Assembly: GCA_973895155.1 (NCBI GenBank)
Contig: OZ316898.1
Location: forward strand, 9,497,661 to 9,561,660
DNA: 64,000 bases
Direction: 5' to 3'
From: Marsupella aquatica
Lineage: Eukaryota > Plantae > Marchantiophyta
Shown here: piece by piece, positions 51,202-64,000 of the stretch
Position numbering within the stretch: the stretch's first letter is position 1
Layout: each line of letters begins with the position of its first letter
Program-made: the position numbers and the translations under genes
The notes under the pieces: model-generated
What the model saw: only the letters and a program-made list of their open reading frames with translations
The model's database searches: none
What the model was told of the DNA's origin: nothing

Positions 51202-53947
51202 ATGATTCAGATGTTGCCATTTGGGGTGCGCCGGTTTTGGATTTTGTTAGCGTTCACCTCGGCGTTTGTACTCGATCTCGGTTTGGTAGAGAGGGTGGAG
51301 GCGCAGCAGCAATTCAGCTCCAGCCCGGATGATTACGACTTCGGGTGGCTCTCAGCCGGCATCCATGCTTCTGGATCAGTCCCGTCTTGTTCGTACTGCG
51401 TCAATGCACTCGATCCGGCTAATTACATCGTATCAGCTGCCGATGCAACAAACGGCCCCTACTGGAATCGGACGGTGGGTTTGTACAGGTGCGATGGCGT
51501 TGACACGAACGAAATATGGGCATACCAGGAATCCACCGAGAGCATTGTCTTCTCGAACCTCACAACAGTGCTTTGCGTCGATGCTTTGCTCTGGAAAAGC
51601 ATGAACCTGCTGAAATTGCGTCCCTGCAATTCGTCTGTGGGCACTCAACAGTGGAAAAGGGATGGCAATCGTCTGGTCAGTAGCCTGTCGGACTCAAACG
51701 GGGCCCTGTACTTGGTGGGCGGGCCTCCGAACAAGGGAACCAACCCCAGCAACACAAATTATACTTATCCTCTCATTCTAAGCTCCTCCATCCCGAGCAA
51801 CTCTGTTTTCTCTTATACCACAAACTTCACGTTTCTGTCCACAAAGAACTTGGTGGACAATGCTACTCATGAGTTTACTACCGAGGGCTTGCTTCGGATT
51901 GGGAATTTGTCAAAGGACAAGATTGTGAATGGGGGGTTTGAGAAAAGCACGATTCAGGCCGGAACTGACATTCGTCAGAGTACCTGGGTTCAAACGATGC
52001 CCAGTTACTTAGCTCTTTGCGGGTGGGTGATTGACTCCGGTCCAATTGACTACGTAAAATCAGGCTTGTTCCAGGCTGCCAATGGTAGCTCTTATAGTAT
52101 TCATCTGAATTCACACTCGGATGCGGATCATTGGGGCTCTGTTAGCCAGACGTTCATCACGGAGGCGGGGCGAGAGTACGTCCTCGCCTTCTCTTTCAAT
52201 GGTTTCCCTATAGTTGTGGGCATTCGGAACTGCTCCGCAAGTTACCGTGAAGCTCGGTTGCAGGTCGGCGTAACTAACGCTACCTCGTCTGCCAACCTCT
52301 CGGATAATGGGAATGGAATCACTCAGAATTTCACCTTCGATGTGACCAAATCTAATGCTGAAAACATCGGAACATTGTGGAAATTGCAGAGTTTGATGTT
52401 CACAGCTTCCACGACTGTTACCACGATTTCCTTCAGTAGCCTGAACTTGAATGATTCGTGTGGACCAATGATTGACGAGGTCACGGTGTCACCGTCAGAA
52501 TCTGGGTCAGCAAAAAGTAATGCCTTAGTGGCAATAGCTGGTGCCATCGGTGGCCTCGCAGTTCTTATTACTATTCTCGGGGTTGTGTATGGGATACGAT
52601 ATTTTAGGGCCAAGCAGGAGTATATGGGTTTGTACAGGACTGAGCATGCGAGATTTTATTCTCACAAAGAGCTGAGCGCTGCCACCAAGAAATTCAGCTC
52701 CGTTCTCGGGGAGGGAGGATTTGGTACTGTATACAAAGCTGATTTTCCTGATGGCACAACGGGAGCGATCAAAGTGGAGAAAAGAAAGGGCCCTTCATCT
52801 TCTAAAGTTATTGCTTCGGACGAAATTGCAATTCTCTTGAGAGTTCACCACCGCAATCTCGTGAACTTGATAGGATTTTGCATTCACCAAGGTATGTTCA
52901 CAATCCATAATTGCTCCGCCATTGCCTTAATTACTGCTAAAACATGTGACGCTCGCTGTTTCTCGTGATCGTGATGATGCATCAAACGTACTTTTTAGTT
53001 TAACTCAGAAGTTTTGAGGAGCCCGATCTGTCGTCTCGATCGTAGCTACAGTTCGCAGTAAAAGTTCCTTGGAGTGTAGATTGAGAGGTTCATTTACTTG
53101 TGCAGGTCGGCAGATGCTTGTCTTTGAGTATCTCCCACATAGAAGTCTTTACGATCGTCTCCACGAATCCATATTGCAGTCCGCTAAGGAAGTACCAATG
53201 GATTGCGGAGCACAGAGTAGGTTATCGTCCGACGTACTCTCCTGGAAGCAACGGGTGAAAATTGCAGCTGACGTCGCCTATGGTCTTGATTACCTCCATA
53301 ACGACGCAAATCCTCCGATCGTACATAGAGATGTCAAATCACAGAACATTTTGCTCACAGCCACAGATTCTGCAAAGCTTGCTGACTTTGGGCTTTCTAA
53401 AGCTGCCCCAGTCGACGCCACGGCCTTTCAGTCGATCGAGACGATGGTGAGAGGCTCAATAGGATATATGGATCCACAGTATTTCTTAACTGGGGTCTTC
53501 TCTGCCAAAAGCGATGTTTACAGCTTTGGCGTGGTCCTTTTGGAGCTCATTTCAGGGCACCAAGCCATATATAACGCTGCTCCACTAGCTTCCTGGGCAG
53601 CTCCGTACATGACCAGTCCAGCGCTATACCACGAGTTGCTGGACAAGAAATTGAATGGGGAATTTGATGTGACTGAATTGGAGTCTTTGGTCGAGCTGTC
53701 GAGGATGTGCATGGAACAAGATAGCAAGATGAGACCCAACATGCGGCAGGTGGTTGCTTTCCTAACTAGCAGAAAGCTTGCAACCGTAGACGGTCATGAA
53801 GGAGTTTCTGAATGGATGAAGGAGACCATGTCAAGGGAGACCTATCACAAGATGAACCCGATGTTTATAGATTTCGAGTCGGTGCCTGAAGACGTCTCCA
53901 GCAGCGACAATTTCATGTCCTTGTCGAGCCCACAGGCTAGAAACTGA
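51202..53947 (+). CDS. Ricin-B-lectin-like/DUF642-like receptor-like kinase, copy 2, intact (exons 51202-52891 and 53106-53947)
   Basis: Signal peptide. LCVDA...LKLRPC...QQW is beta-trefoil-like. IVNGGFE...GWVI...SQ...CGPMIDEV is DUF642-like. TM segment, then GEGGFG, AIK, HRDVKSQN, DFG. The intron is at the same position as in the paralogs. Confidence 0.9.
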
Positions 53948-55089
53948 CACAATTGCGCACCCATTACTTTGCCAAGCCTAGACAGTTCGCCATTTATATA
54001 TTAAAGCCTCAAGTGCAGCACTACGTCTGCCAGAGTTTGGCATAATTTTGGCCCGTAGAATAGATGATGACAGTGAATTTCAAAACCGAAGTAGGTCGAA
54101 TTGGATTGTGAAGTTGCACATTTACATCTTCGTATCGGATGCGGCAAGTCATGCACTTAGATCTTCAAGTTTAACTAATCACCTTGTCCCTGACATCAAC
54201 TTATACTGAAGCAGCTCGATCGATTGATCTCCATAGGCTTTCCTTCGAATTTGAAAATGCAATACGCTTAAATTCTCCGGCGCACCTTTGTACCAAGTAT
54301 GGAAAGGAGTTGTTAGTCTCTCTCTCCTTCGATCCTTTGCCAGGACCAAATGTCGGAGGGAACAGTTAGACAGAGATGAGGCGGTGATTAGAGACCACTG
54401 AGGAAGTCAATCACACAAGGCTGTGATAGCGAAAGCAGCATCTGACTACTGGTAGGCAAAAGCGGAAACAATGACATAGATGAAATCCATTGGACTCGAA
54501 CTCCTCCTGATATTCGCATGAGGCATTCAGATAGCGAGTAGTTTCCTCCGAAGGAATCAATTGTTTCACCGAAAAGTACCCATTCTTTCAGCAAGAAACA
54601 TTTCCACATGATGAGCATCACATTCTGCTTTCATGATACTCGTACGGTCTCAAAAATTCCAGATCAGACCTTTTGTTGTGATTTTAATCTCTACTACAGA
54701 GTATCAAAGGTGGACAGAAAGATCTAGAACTTACTTTGAAAAGAAAGTACGGATTCAGAAATTGGATGCTCTCTCTGTGCACAATTACATGAATGTAGTC
54801 CAATACAATTCTCTTTCATTTCTCCAATATTCCTGTGGGATGAACAGGGGTCATCGTTGTCCATCGTTTCTTAGATGACCAGTAGAAAGTCATCTCTTTC
54901 TAAGCGTTATAGATTTCAAGTAAGTAATGAATATATGTCAGTCAAAGTCCTGTCTAAAACAGTTCTACTAGATCCTACCATAGATACCACAGTGAGGCAG
55001 TTCACTCAAAGCCAAGTCAACAATGAAGTCTAAAACTAAGAGTATGAATGGTTTAAATAGATGGCTGGACTGAGCTAAGAGGCAAACTC

Positions 55090-55364
55090 TGTTGATAAAA
55101 CTATCTATGTGACTAAGATGGCTGAAGAGTGAAAGTAGAGGACATAAGTACTTAAGTGAAGCCAAGGGCAAGGAGTGCCCAGAGGAAGAGAGGCGCCGCA
55201 CGGTGAGCGGGACCCATAGATCAGATCAAGGGAGCAGTGAGGCAGACCTAGATCAGATGGTACTCAGAAGAGGACGGAAGACGACAAGGAACAGCAAGTG
55301 GCGCAACGGAATGGTAAGTGGGCCCAACAGGTAAACGGTACTGAGGATCGCAGCATTTCCAACA
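55090..55364 (-). repeat. Copia 3' LTR
   Basis: TG...CA. Three differences from 60036-60310 by eye. Confidence 0.95.
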
Positions 55365-55453
55365 CCCCCCCTCGATCTGAAGACTCATCGAGAAGAAGGA
55401 GAGAGCACAGTTGGGCAGAAAGTTGATCGAAGAGAGGATTGATGCGAGAAAAG

Positions 55454-58400
55454 CTAGCTGAACAGGGTCTTAGAGCGGATGCCAAGGAAGTCCCGGTGTC
55501 GCTCAAAGGTTTGACGACAGACTTGTTTAGTAAATATGTCAGCATGTTGTTCATCGGTATTGATGTAATGCAAAGACAGTTCCCCTTCAAGGATCTGTTC
55601 TCGTATGAAGTGATGTTTAGCCTCGATGTGCTTTGTACGAGCATGAAAGATCGGATTCTGAGCGAGACGTATAGAGCCCTGGTTATCGCAATGGAGATGA
55701 AGGTCCTGAGCAGAAGGAATGGTGGCTCTAGCTAGGTCCTTGTGAATGCTGACATTTGTGCACTGAACGGGAATAGAGATGTCCGCTTGAGTTTTGTGTA
55801 ATTCCAGAAGTAACCGACGTAGGTAGACGGCCTCTTTCGCAGCTTCAGAAAGGGCCTTGTACTCAGCTTCAGTGGTGCTGTCGGAAATTGTAGGTTGCCT
55901 TTTGCTGGCCCAGGAGATAGGTCCAGAGGCAAGCGTAAAAACATATCCAACAGTAGATCGTCGAGTATCCAGACACCCAAGGTAGTCAGCATCAGTGTAG
56001 CAAGCGAGTAGAGGCTGAGAAGTGCGCTGATAAGAGATCCCATAGTCAACCGTGTGCTTAATGTATCGAAGAATGTGCTTGACTGCATCCAAATGCTATA
56101 TGTGTGGCTGAGACATAAAATGGGCCACCATACCGACAGAGTAGGACAGGTCAGGTCGGGTAGTAGTAAGAAATAATAGTTTACCGACAAGGGTGCAGTA
56201 TGCTGAGCAATCGACGGGCAGAGTGTTAGAATCTGATCGAGTAGCAAAGCCTTCAGGGAGAGGAGTGAAGGCAGGTCGACAGTCGATCATGCCAGAGTCT
56301 TGTAAGATCTGCACAGCATAAGGTTGTTGGTGAAGGAACAGTCCGTTGGCAGTGTGAGTGAATTCCACGCCAAGATATTTCCGGATTTCGCCAAGGTCCT
56401 TCATCTCATACCGGCTCTGAAGATTTTGCTTGACAATGGTGATGAGTGCTGAGTCATTGCCGGTAATGAGTAAATCATCGACGTATAGAAGTAGGAGGAC
56501 AAGTGAAGAATCCTGCTGTAAGTAATAGAGATTTGGGTCAGCCGCGCTACGGGTCCAACCTTGTTCCTGGAGGTAGGTGTCAATTTCTTGATACCACTCT
56601 CGGGGAGATTGTTTCAGTCCATAAATGGATTTGTTCAATTGACAAACGAGATGCTCCAAGCCAGGTTGAGCGAAGCCAGGGGGTTGATGCATGAACAACA
56701 GCTCCTTAAGAGTTCCATTGAGAAAAGCGGTAATCACGTCCATATGGCTGATGGGCCATCCGGATGCAACAGCGAGAGCAACAACAGTTCGAAGAGTTGA
56801 CCAGCGAACAACTGGGGCAAAAGTGTCGTTGTAGTCTATTCCAGGTTGTTGTTCGAGACCTCTGGCAACAAGTCGGGCCTTCAATCGGGCACGGGTTGGA
56901 TTAGCAGAGTCGTGGTCGGATGGGTTTAGACTTGTACACCCATTTAGATGAAATGGCCCGACGTCCTGGTGGTAATGCCACAAGTTTCCAAGTCTTATTC
57001 TTGATCAAGCTGTCATATTCTTCTTTCATTGCGGAATACCAACCTGGGTCCTGTAAGGCATCTTTAAACGAAATGTCGTCACTCACAGAATTAGTAGTCT
57101 CAATAATACATAAGTCCACATCCTCCGGGATGTGCATCTCGTAGTCCCCACTACGCGCCCAAGCCGGTAGTTGTCTTGCCCGTGAGCCCCGACGCTTGGG
57201 TGGTGAGTTTGACTGGAGAGTTGGAGATGTATGAGCAGCACGTGGTAGAGAGCCCGGTAGAGAGGGAGCCTCGTTGTTACCATGGTGGATTTCGGAGTGA
57301 TCCTGGAGAGGGTTCGCGTCATGCTGGTGATGATGTGCAAGTTGAGAATTGTCCGGTTGATCAGTAGTGGATTGTTGCTGCTCTTCCCCCCCTGGCTCAG
57401 TAGAAGCCGTAGCAAGAGGCAGGAGATCGAGAAAGAGATCAGACGGAAAATGGGGAACATTGAAATCACCAGGAGAAATAATCCTCAATAAAAGTAACAT
57501 TGCGTGAAATCAGGATACGATGAGAGACAGGATCAAAGCACCGATACCCTTTAGTGTTGGTGTCGTAGCCAATAAAGACAGTGGGAACTGCTTTAGGCCC
57601 GAATTTCCCAGCAGGACGATTGGGAACATGAACAAAAGCAGAGCACCCAAGAACACGTAAGTGAGAAAGATCGGGCTTCATACCGTGAAGAGCCTGGAAT
57701 GGCGTGGAGAGGTGGAGAGCCCGTGTGGGGCACCGATTGAGGACATAGGTGGCAGCCTTGACTGCCTCCGGCCATAAGAAGCGTGGGTATTTAGCTTCAA
57801 TGAAGATACTACGGGCAGCCTCAAGCAAAGTACGATTCTTACGTTCAGCTACTCCGTTCTGGTGAGGAGTGCTGGGAGCAGTCAGTTGACGTTGAATGCC
57901 GTGGTCAGTGCAGAAGTTCAGAAATTCATGTGACATGTATTCGCCCCCCCGGTCCGAGCGAAGGCAGGAAAGTGAGCTGCCAAGCTGTTTTTCAGCAGCC
58001 ACTTAAAATTTTTTGAAGCAGCGGAAGGTGTCAGATTTGTGAGAGAGATAGTAGACCCATGTAAACCGAGTGAAGTCGTCAATGAAAGTCAAGATATACT
58101 TCACTGTGGAGGTCGATTGAATGGGTCCACAAAGATCAGTATGCACCAAGGCCAAAACACGAGTGGTACGTCGGAGAGAGTATTGAGGAGTACTCTCACG
58201 GTGAGTTTTGGCTAAAATACATGTGGTGCATTTCTTCTTCTGAAGGGAGAGCATGGGAACGCCAGTAACAAGGTGCCTAGCTGTCATGTGGTGGGCAGTC
58301 TGGAAATTGAGATGAGCCAAACGTCGATGCCATAGATCAGCTGGGTCAGTTGCAACGGTGGTGATGGAGTTGACTTCTGGGGGACGTCGAGGCATCTCTG

Positions 58401-59823
58401 GGTGGCTGAGGCCTGAGCTAGGGGGCAGCAGTCGGTAAAGACTGTTCCTAGAAGATCGAGATGCCTGTAGAACAACTGACGTTGGGTTATCCTTATCGTA
58501 GACATGGCAAGATGTAGAATCAAAGAGAATGAGATGACCAGCATCAGCAAGCTTGCCCACAGACATGAGATTTTTGTGAACACCAGGCACGTAAAGAACA
58601 TTGTTGATAGCTTTATTGTCAACATGGACGGTGCCTTTGCCAGAAATGGGCATGGTGGCACCACTCGCAGTGGTTACACCAGGGCCAGAGGAACTAGGCT
58701 GAAAACCATCGAGTGTGGAGCAGTTCCCGGTGATGTGATTGCTAGCACCGGAGTCCATGTACCAGTCTCGTGAAGTATTCCGGTATTCAGTGAGATTGGC
58801 AGCAATTTCGTCATCCTGCATATCTGGGAAAGGATCATCAAACTCAGGGTCGTCAGATGGGTACTCAGTAAGGTGAGCCTGGGGTTTGATGCGTCGTAGA
58901 TTTCCAGCTCGAATCATCAAGTGGGAAATCTGATCATCAAGCTTCTTCAAATCGCACTCAGATTCCCAATGGCCAGATTTGCTACAATAGTTGCAAGGAC
59001 CAGACGGACGACGGGGAGCCGGGGCAGTCAGATGATGACTACGTGGATCAACAGCAGGAGCACGATAATCTCCAGCAGGTCCACGATGGTCAACAGGTCC
59101 ACGATGGTCTGATGGTCGACTGTATCGATTTGAGACGTAATGGCCACGGCCCCTCCCTGGAGGACGATGGAAACGGGTAAAAAGTGCTTCTTCAGCAATC
59201 TCTTCACGTTTGCCCCTTCTCCAGAAGTCTTCTGCCTGCATACGTTCCACAAGAGTCGAGAACTGGGGTGTGGGAGTTTTAGATAAGTCTACTCCAAAGC
59301 TCGAGACAAAAGGACCCCAGCTCTGGGGAAGGCCTCCTAAAACAATGTGTAAGAGACGAGAGTTATCAACAGTAGCATTAATCGTGGCAAGTTGAGAAGT
59401 GATGCTTTCTACTTCCCTTAGATAATCTTCTACATTGGTGCCTTCGGCCATCTTGACAGCATGTAGCTTCTGTTCGAGTAGTAGCCTCCGCTGGAGAAGA
59501 TCACCTCCAAATCGTTGCTTAAAGTGCTGCCAGCAGGCTACTGGATCGTTGCCAAAGGAAGCAACAACGTGAAGAAGCTTGGTCTTCACAGTAGCCATCA
59601 GGATAGACTTAGCCTTGACTATCTTCTTCTTCCGTTCCTTGGGAGTGAGGACAATCTCGTCCTCTACTGTCGCATCTTCTGTTGTGGCAGTGTTGCCAGC
59701 AAAGTTCAGTTCATCCCACACTTCGTCTCGCTCGAGTAGGGTCTGAACAAGTAAGCTCCAAGAGATGTGATTGCTGTCGCCATCTAACTTGTTAACTTTG
59801 CCAAAGATTCTAGCTAGATCCAT
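55454..59823 (-). pseudogene. Copia gag-pol (two stops, two frameshifts)
   Basis: Gag CNYCSKSGHWESEC, protease YMDSGAS, integrase HTDLCGP/SDRGGEY, RT YVDD and RNase [13 protein letters not shown]. Stops at 58003 and 56096. Frameshifts near 57480 and 56900. Confidence 0.93.
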
Positions 59824-60035
59824 GACTGTAGCGTATGGGAATTCTCACCAACTGGTGTAGTCGAATGTACTGACTCCTCACACTTAGAGAACTCTCATCT
59901 AAGTATAGTAAAGAATCTAAGCAGCGGAAAAGAGAAAAAAACTATTCTAGTTCTGGTCACTCACACCTAAAGAACCCTCATCTAAGTGCAGCGCAGGATC
60001 TTAGTCACGGAGGAGCTAACCTCGCTCTGATACCA

Positions 60036-60310
60036 TGTTGATAAAACTATCTACGTGACTAAGATGGCTGAACAGTGAAAGTAGAGGACATAAGTACTTA
60101 AGTGAAGCCAAGGGCAAGGAGTGCCCAGAGGAAGAGAGGCGCCGCACGGTGAGCGGGACCCATAGATCAGATCAAGGGAGCAGTGAGGCAGACCTAGATC
60201 AGATGGTACTCAGAACAGGACGGAAGACGACAAGGAACAGCAAGTGGCGCAACGGAATGGTAAGTGGGCCCAACAGGTAAACGGTACTGAGGATCGCAGC
60301 ATTTCCAACA
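60036..60310 (-). repeat. Copia 5' LTR
   Basis: Matches 55090-55364 and directly abuts the PBS. Confidence 0.95.
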
Positions 60311-62401
60311 AACTCAGACCCAGACCACTCCTTCCAGTCTAAATTGACTGTTGGGCTAAACTGAGCCAACAAAAGAAGTCTTGCTTTGAGATGAGTGCTT
60401 GAAACTAAGTCAAACAACAAACTCTACATCTGAGAATGCAAATAGTCTTAACAAGACTGCGGGACGAGAAGGTCAAGCTCAGACCAAGAAAACTCAACCA
60501 GAGTTTAGATTGACTGTTGGAATCATTTCACTCAGATAAAGAAAGCTCAGTTCCAAAATACACTCTACATGTCTTTCACCACTGGAGTGTCTCAAACTTG
60601 TTGGTTTTTGGTTTCTCCATTCACATATGATAAAGACGTTGATCACAAGAGTTGTTAAGAAAACTAAGTTAGCCCTTTCTTGCTGTTCACATCAGTTCAC
60701 CTGCTGGCCAGGAGTGGATCATCGCTAGAATAAGAACCCGAAACTGAACCGAAACGGCAGATGGGCTAGATTGACGGTGGTATGCTAGGGTGGTGACGGA
60801 TTGAGATCTACAAGTCCCCTCGAGACCTGGAGGAAGAGCTTGCTAAATTAGGGCGATTCGACTTGCCTTGTGATTTCGGAGAAAAGTCTTTGACGTCCAT
60901 CTTGAACCTCGTCTTGAACGAGAGAGACCGTGGTATCACTGATGAAAAGGTAGATACAAATTTTGCGGTCATCGTTGATATTCTCGAAGCCCTTGGATAC
61001 TTAGGGGAGAATGCTTTAATCAGGTTTGGGGCTCGGATTCGTTCGTTTTTCACTAGTCTAGACATTGCGATCCATCGCCTGACTAAAATAGTGAGCAAAG
61101 ATCCGATGAATCTTGATGGTCCCGACATTGGAAGATTCAAGATTTGCTGGGTGGAAGGGTTGGCTGCCCTGGTTGTTCACGTTATAATGCATGTACAGTA
61201 GTCAGTCTCCGAAATATTCCCATTTGAGGAATTGTAGATTCCACATTTCCTTTCGGGTTGTCTGTTGTGTAGCTTCTGACATGATGCACGACTGGCCACT
61301 TGATTCCAAGGCCTGCTACAGTATATTAACAGGCCCCGTAGTGTGGCTGAAGGCTTCCCTTAAAGCTGACGTTTGATACTTCCAAAACTGGCTTCTAATT
61401 AAGAGCTCACCAAACTAAAACTGTACCTGCATAACAGATGCTTAAAGCTACAAAATCAAGGCAATTCAAGGCCCGAGAATTCTATTCATCAGAAGCCCAA
61501 AATGTTGGCACTGCAAACCAACATCAGTGCAGATCACAGCCAAAAGACGTCCCGTTGGTTTGGAGAAAAGGGTTGGAACCCAGACTAGCGAAAGCTGCAT
61601 TTTATCAGGCCCTTCTAATCATCGTTGTTAATGTATATTACAACCTTCAAGCACTACTACTGTCAGTGACTCTTTGGGATGGTACCTGGACAGGTGCATA
61701 TCCATTCAAAGACTTTGTGATTCTACATAACAAACTACAAAGGATGTGCAAAAACGAAAGCACGAAAAGAGCTAGGAAAAGCATGAAATCTGTACTGTTG
61801 TATTCTGTAGATGAACTGCATAGCTCCACGAAGGGAAAACTGAGATAAAGGCCACAAACAGCCTGCAACAAGGAGACACAGAGCCTGGGCACGGCAGACA
61901 TTGAAACCCAACAAGGCGCATCGCACTTGCTTCGCATTGTGCAAGTGGCAAGCTGCAATTGGTGGAGTGCAAACCAAATACTAATAGTGAAAACGTCACT
62001 AAAGCTAAAATCTGATGTAAATAAGAGTAAAACACATCTCCCTAGATAGAAAGAGATCGACGATAAGGAATCAGACAAATGATCCGGTCGAGCAAAGAAG
62101 TTAACAGGGCATTCCCGAGAAGAGAACAGGGCATTCGCTCTGACAGACTTCCATCAAAAGATGAGTCGAACCCAAAACTTGATAAAAACTTACGTTGAAG
62201 GCCAATGACTCACCCCAAAAGAACCCTACGGAAGTTTTTCTCTTTGTAACCAATAGTCTCTCTGGACCAAATACTTGGGATGAGGTTGGTATCACCTACC
62301 TGAACTTTTATACGAATATGTAGGTTTCTATGCACTAGGGCGACGATGATTAGTACGGCTGTTGATGAGCCTGACAGGCAAAAGAGATCATGCGTATGCA
62401 T

Positions 62402-64000
62402 CTACTGATGATGCAATATTTTAGTCTCTAGGCTGTGGGCCGAAGACAATGTTCTCATACTACCAGAGAAGCTTGGCAACGCCTCCGAATCTATGAACGT
62501 TGGCTTCATCTTATGGTAATCCTCCCTTGATATGGACGGGGCCTCTATTTGCTCGTAAGATTCACCTCCAGCTACTTCAAGGCCCCGGGCATTGAGAAAC
62601 GCAACGACCTGCCGCATGGTGGGCCTCATTCTACTGTCTTCTTGCGTGCACATAATCGACAGTTCCACTAGAGAGGCCATCTCATCCGGTTCGTATTTTC
62701 CTCTAAGCTTCTTGTCCACCAGCTCGTGATACAGGGATGGGCTCGTCATGAAGGGAGCTGCCCAGTAGGTGAGTGCAGCGGCATTGTGGATGGCTTGATG
62801 GCCAGAGATGAGCTCCAGTAATACAACTCCGTAGCTGTACACATCGCTCTTGGAAGAGAAGACTCCAGTCTGGAAGTACTGTGGATCCAAATACCCAATT
62901 GAGCCTCTCACCATGGTCTCGATGGACTCGAACTTTGTGGCATCTAAAGGAGCAGATCTGGAAAGCCCGAAATCAGCAAGCTTAGCTGAATCCGTGGCTG
63001 TGAGTAGGATGTTCCGCGACTTCACATCCCTATGCACAATCGGAGGATCTGCCTCGTGGTGGAGGTATTCAAGGCCATAGGCCACGTTGGAGGCTATTTT
63101 GACCCGCGTGTGCCACGGGAGTACGTTCGCGTATAGGTCACGGAGTTCGACGGAATTCATTATATCTGCGGCAGACACCGGTATGACAGACTGATGGAGT
63201 CGATCGTAGAGGCTTCCATTTGGAAGATACTCAAATACCAACATATGTCTCCCTGCACAAATTCGTACAATGCAATATTTTAACGGGTCATACAGTCACC
63301 ATTCCTCAATTCTTAAAAGCTTTGAAAGAGCTCGAGAAACTATATAACTCCCTGAGCCCCGATGCAACCAAACTTAGATCTCTAGCATTCTTGTTGGTGT
63401 AGTTTGGAGAGGGACTCCCGGAGAGATCGGTTGGGAGTAAGCTACAAACCTTTGTGAATGCAGAAGCCCGTCAAGTTCACCAAATTGCGGTGATGAACTC
63501 TGAGTAAAACAGCAATTTCGTCCGAGGCGAGAACTTTGGTCGAAAGATGAAACTGCTTCAGCTTCTCCACTTTGACTGCACCTATTGTGCCATCTGGAAA
63601 ATCAGCTTTGTATACAGTACCGAATGCCCCCTCTCCCAGAACAGCACTGAATTTCTTCGTGGAGGCGCTCAGCTCTTTGACAGAAAATATTCTTGCATTC
63701 TCAGTCTTGTACAAGTCAGAGTAGTCTTCCTCAGACAAGCAGATCCTCCTCCTCGCTACGAAAATACCGAGAAGGATTGTGATGAGAAGAGCAAGTCCAG
63801 CAACGGATCCAACAACTGCCTGAAATGTCTTGGTTTCCCAGAAAGATCGTGGATTAACACGGTCCAGGACGACGTTATCTATCATTGGCCCGCACGAATT
63901 ATTAAAATTGAGGCTTCTGAAGGAAATCGTGGTGACATTAGTCGAGGCCCTGAACTTTACAGATTGGAGCTGCCATAAACTTGCTATATTGAGGCTGTTT
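62402..64000 (-). CDS. DUF642-like receptor-like kinase, copy 3; 5' part outside the window (exons >64000-63450 and 63252-62402)
   Basis: The frame is open to the window edge (…TTISFRSLNFNNSCGPMIDNV). TM segment and kinase are close to copy 1. Same intron position. Confidence 0.88.

Larger units (their letters stand above)
55090..60310 (-). mobile_element. Full-length Ty1/Copia LTR retrotransposon
   Basis: 275-bp LTRs. 5-bp TSD AACTC at 55085-55089 and 60311-60315. tRNA-Met(i) PBS TGGTATCAGAGC (60024-60035, minus strand). PPT next to 55365. Confidence 0.97.

Noticed and set aside
60808-62078. ORFs of 110-143 aa right of the Copia element
   Set aside because: No recognisable product. The region may be an older repeat into which the Copia inserted, but its boundaries could not be defined.

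Overview
Eukaryotic, intron-containing plant DNA. A bryophyte/liverwort-like host is inferred from the SERAC1-type alpha/beta-hydrolase and the receptor-kinase types, but this is not proven. The window is a TE-rich cluster of receptor/defence-type genes. Host genes: three paralogous receptor-like kinases with an unusual ricin-B-lectin-like + DUF642-like ectodomain (one pseudogene, one intact, one running off the right edge), a disabled LRR receptor kinase, and an alpha/beta-hydrolase with a duplicated hydrophobic N-terminus. Mobile DNA: two Ty1/Copia elements, a LINE remnant, two MITE-like elements, and a complete PIF/Harbinger transposon (22961-36799). The most striking feature is a 9.1-kb Ty3/Gypsy-type retroelement (24758-33862) inserted into the Harbinger transposase. 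Its single-frame polyprotein is Gag-protease-C5 DNA methyltransferase-RT-RNase H-integrase-PHD finger. It has clean integrase-type ends (TGTC...GACA, 4-bp TSD AATG) but no LTRs that I can find by eye. All domain calls are from motif recognition, not database searches.
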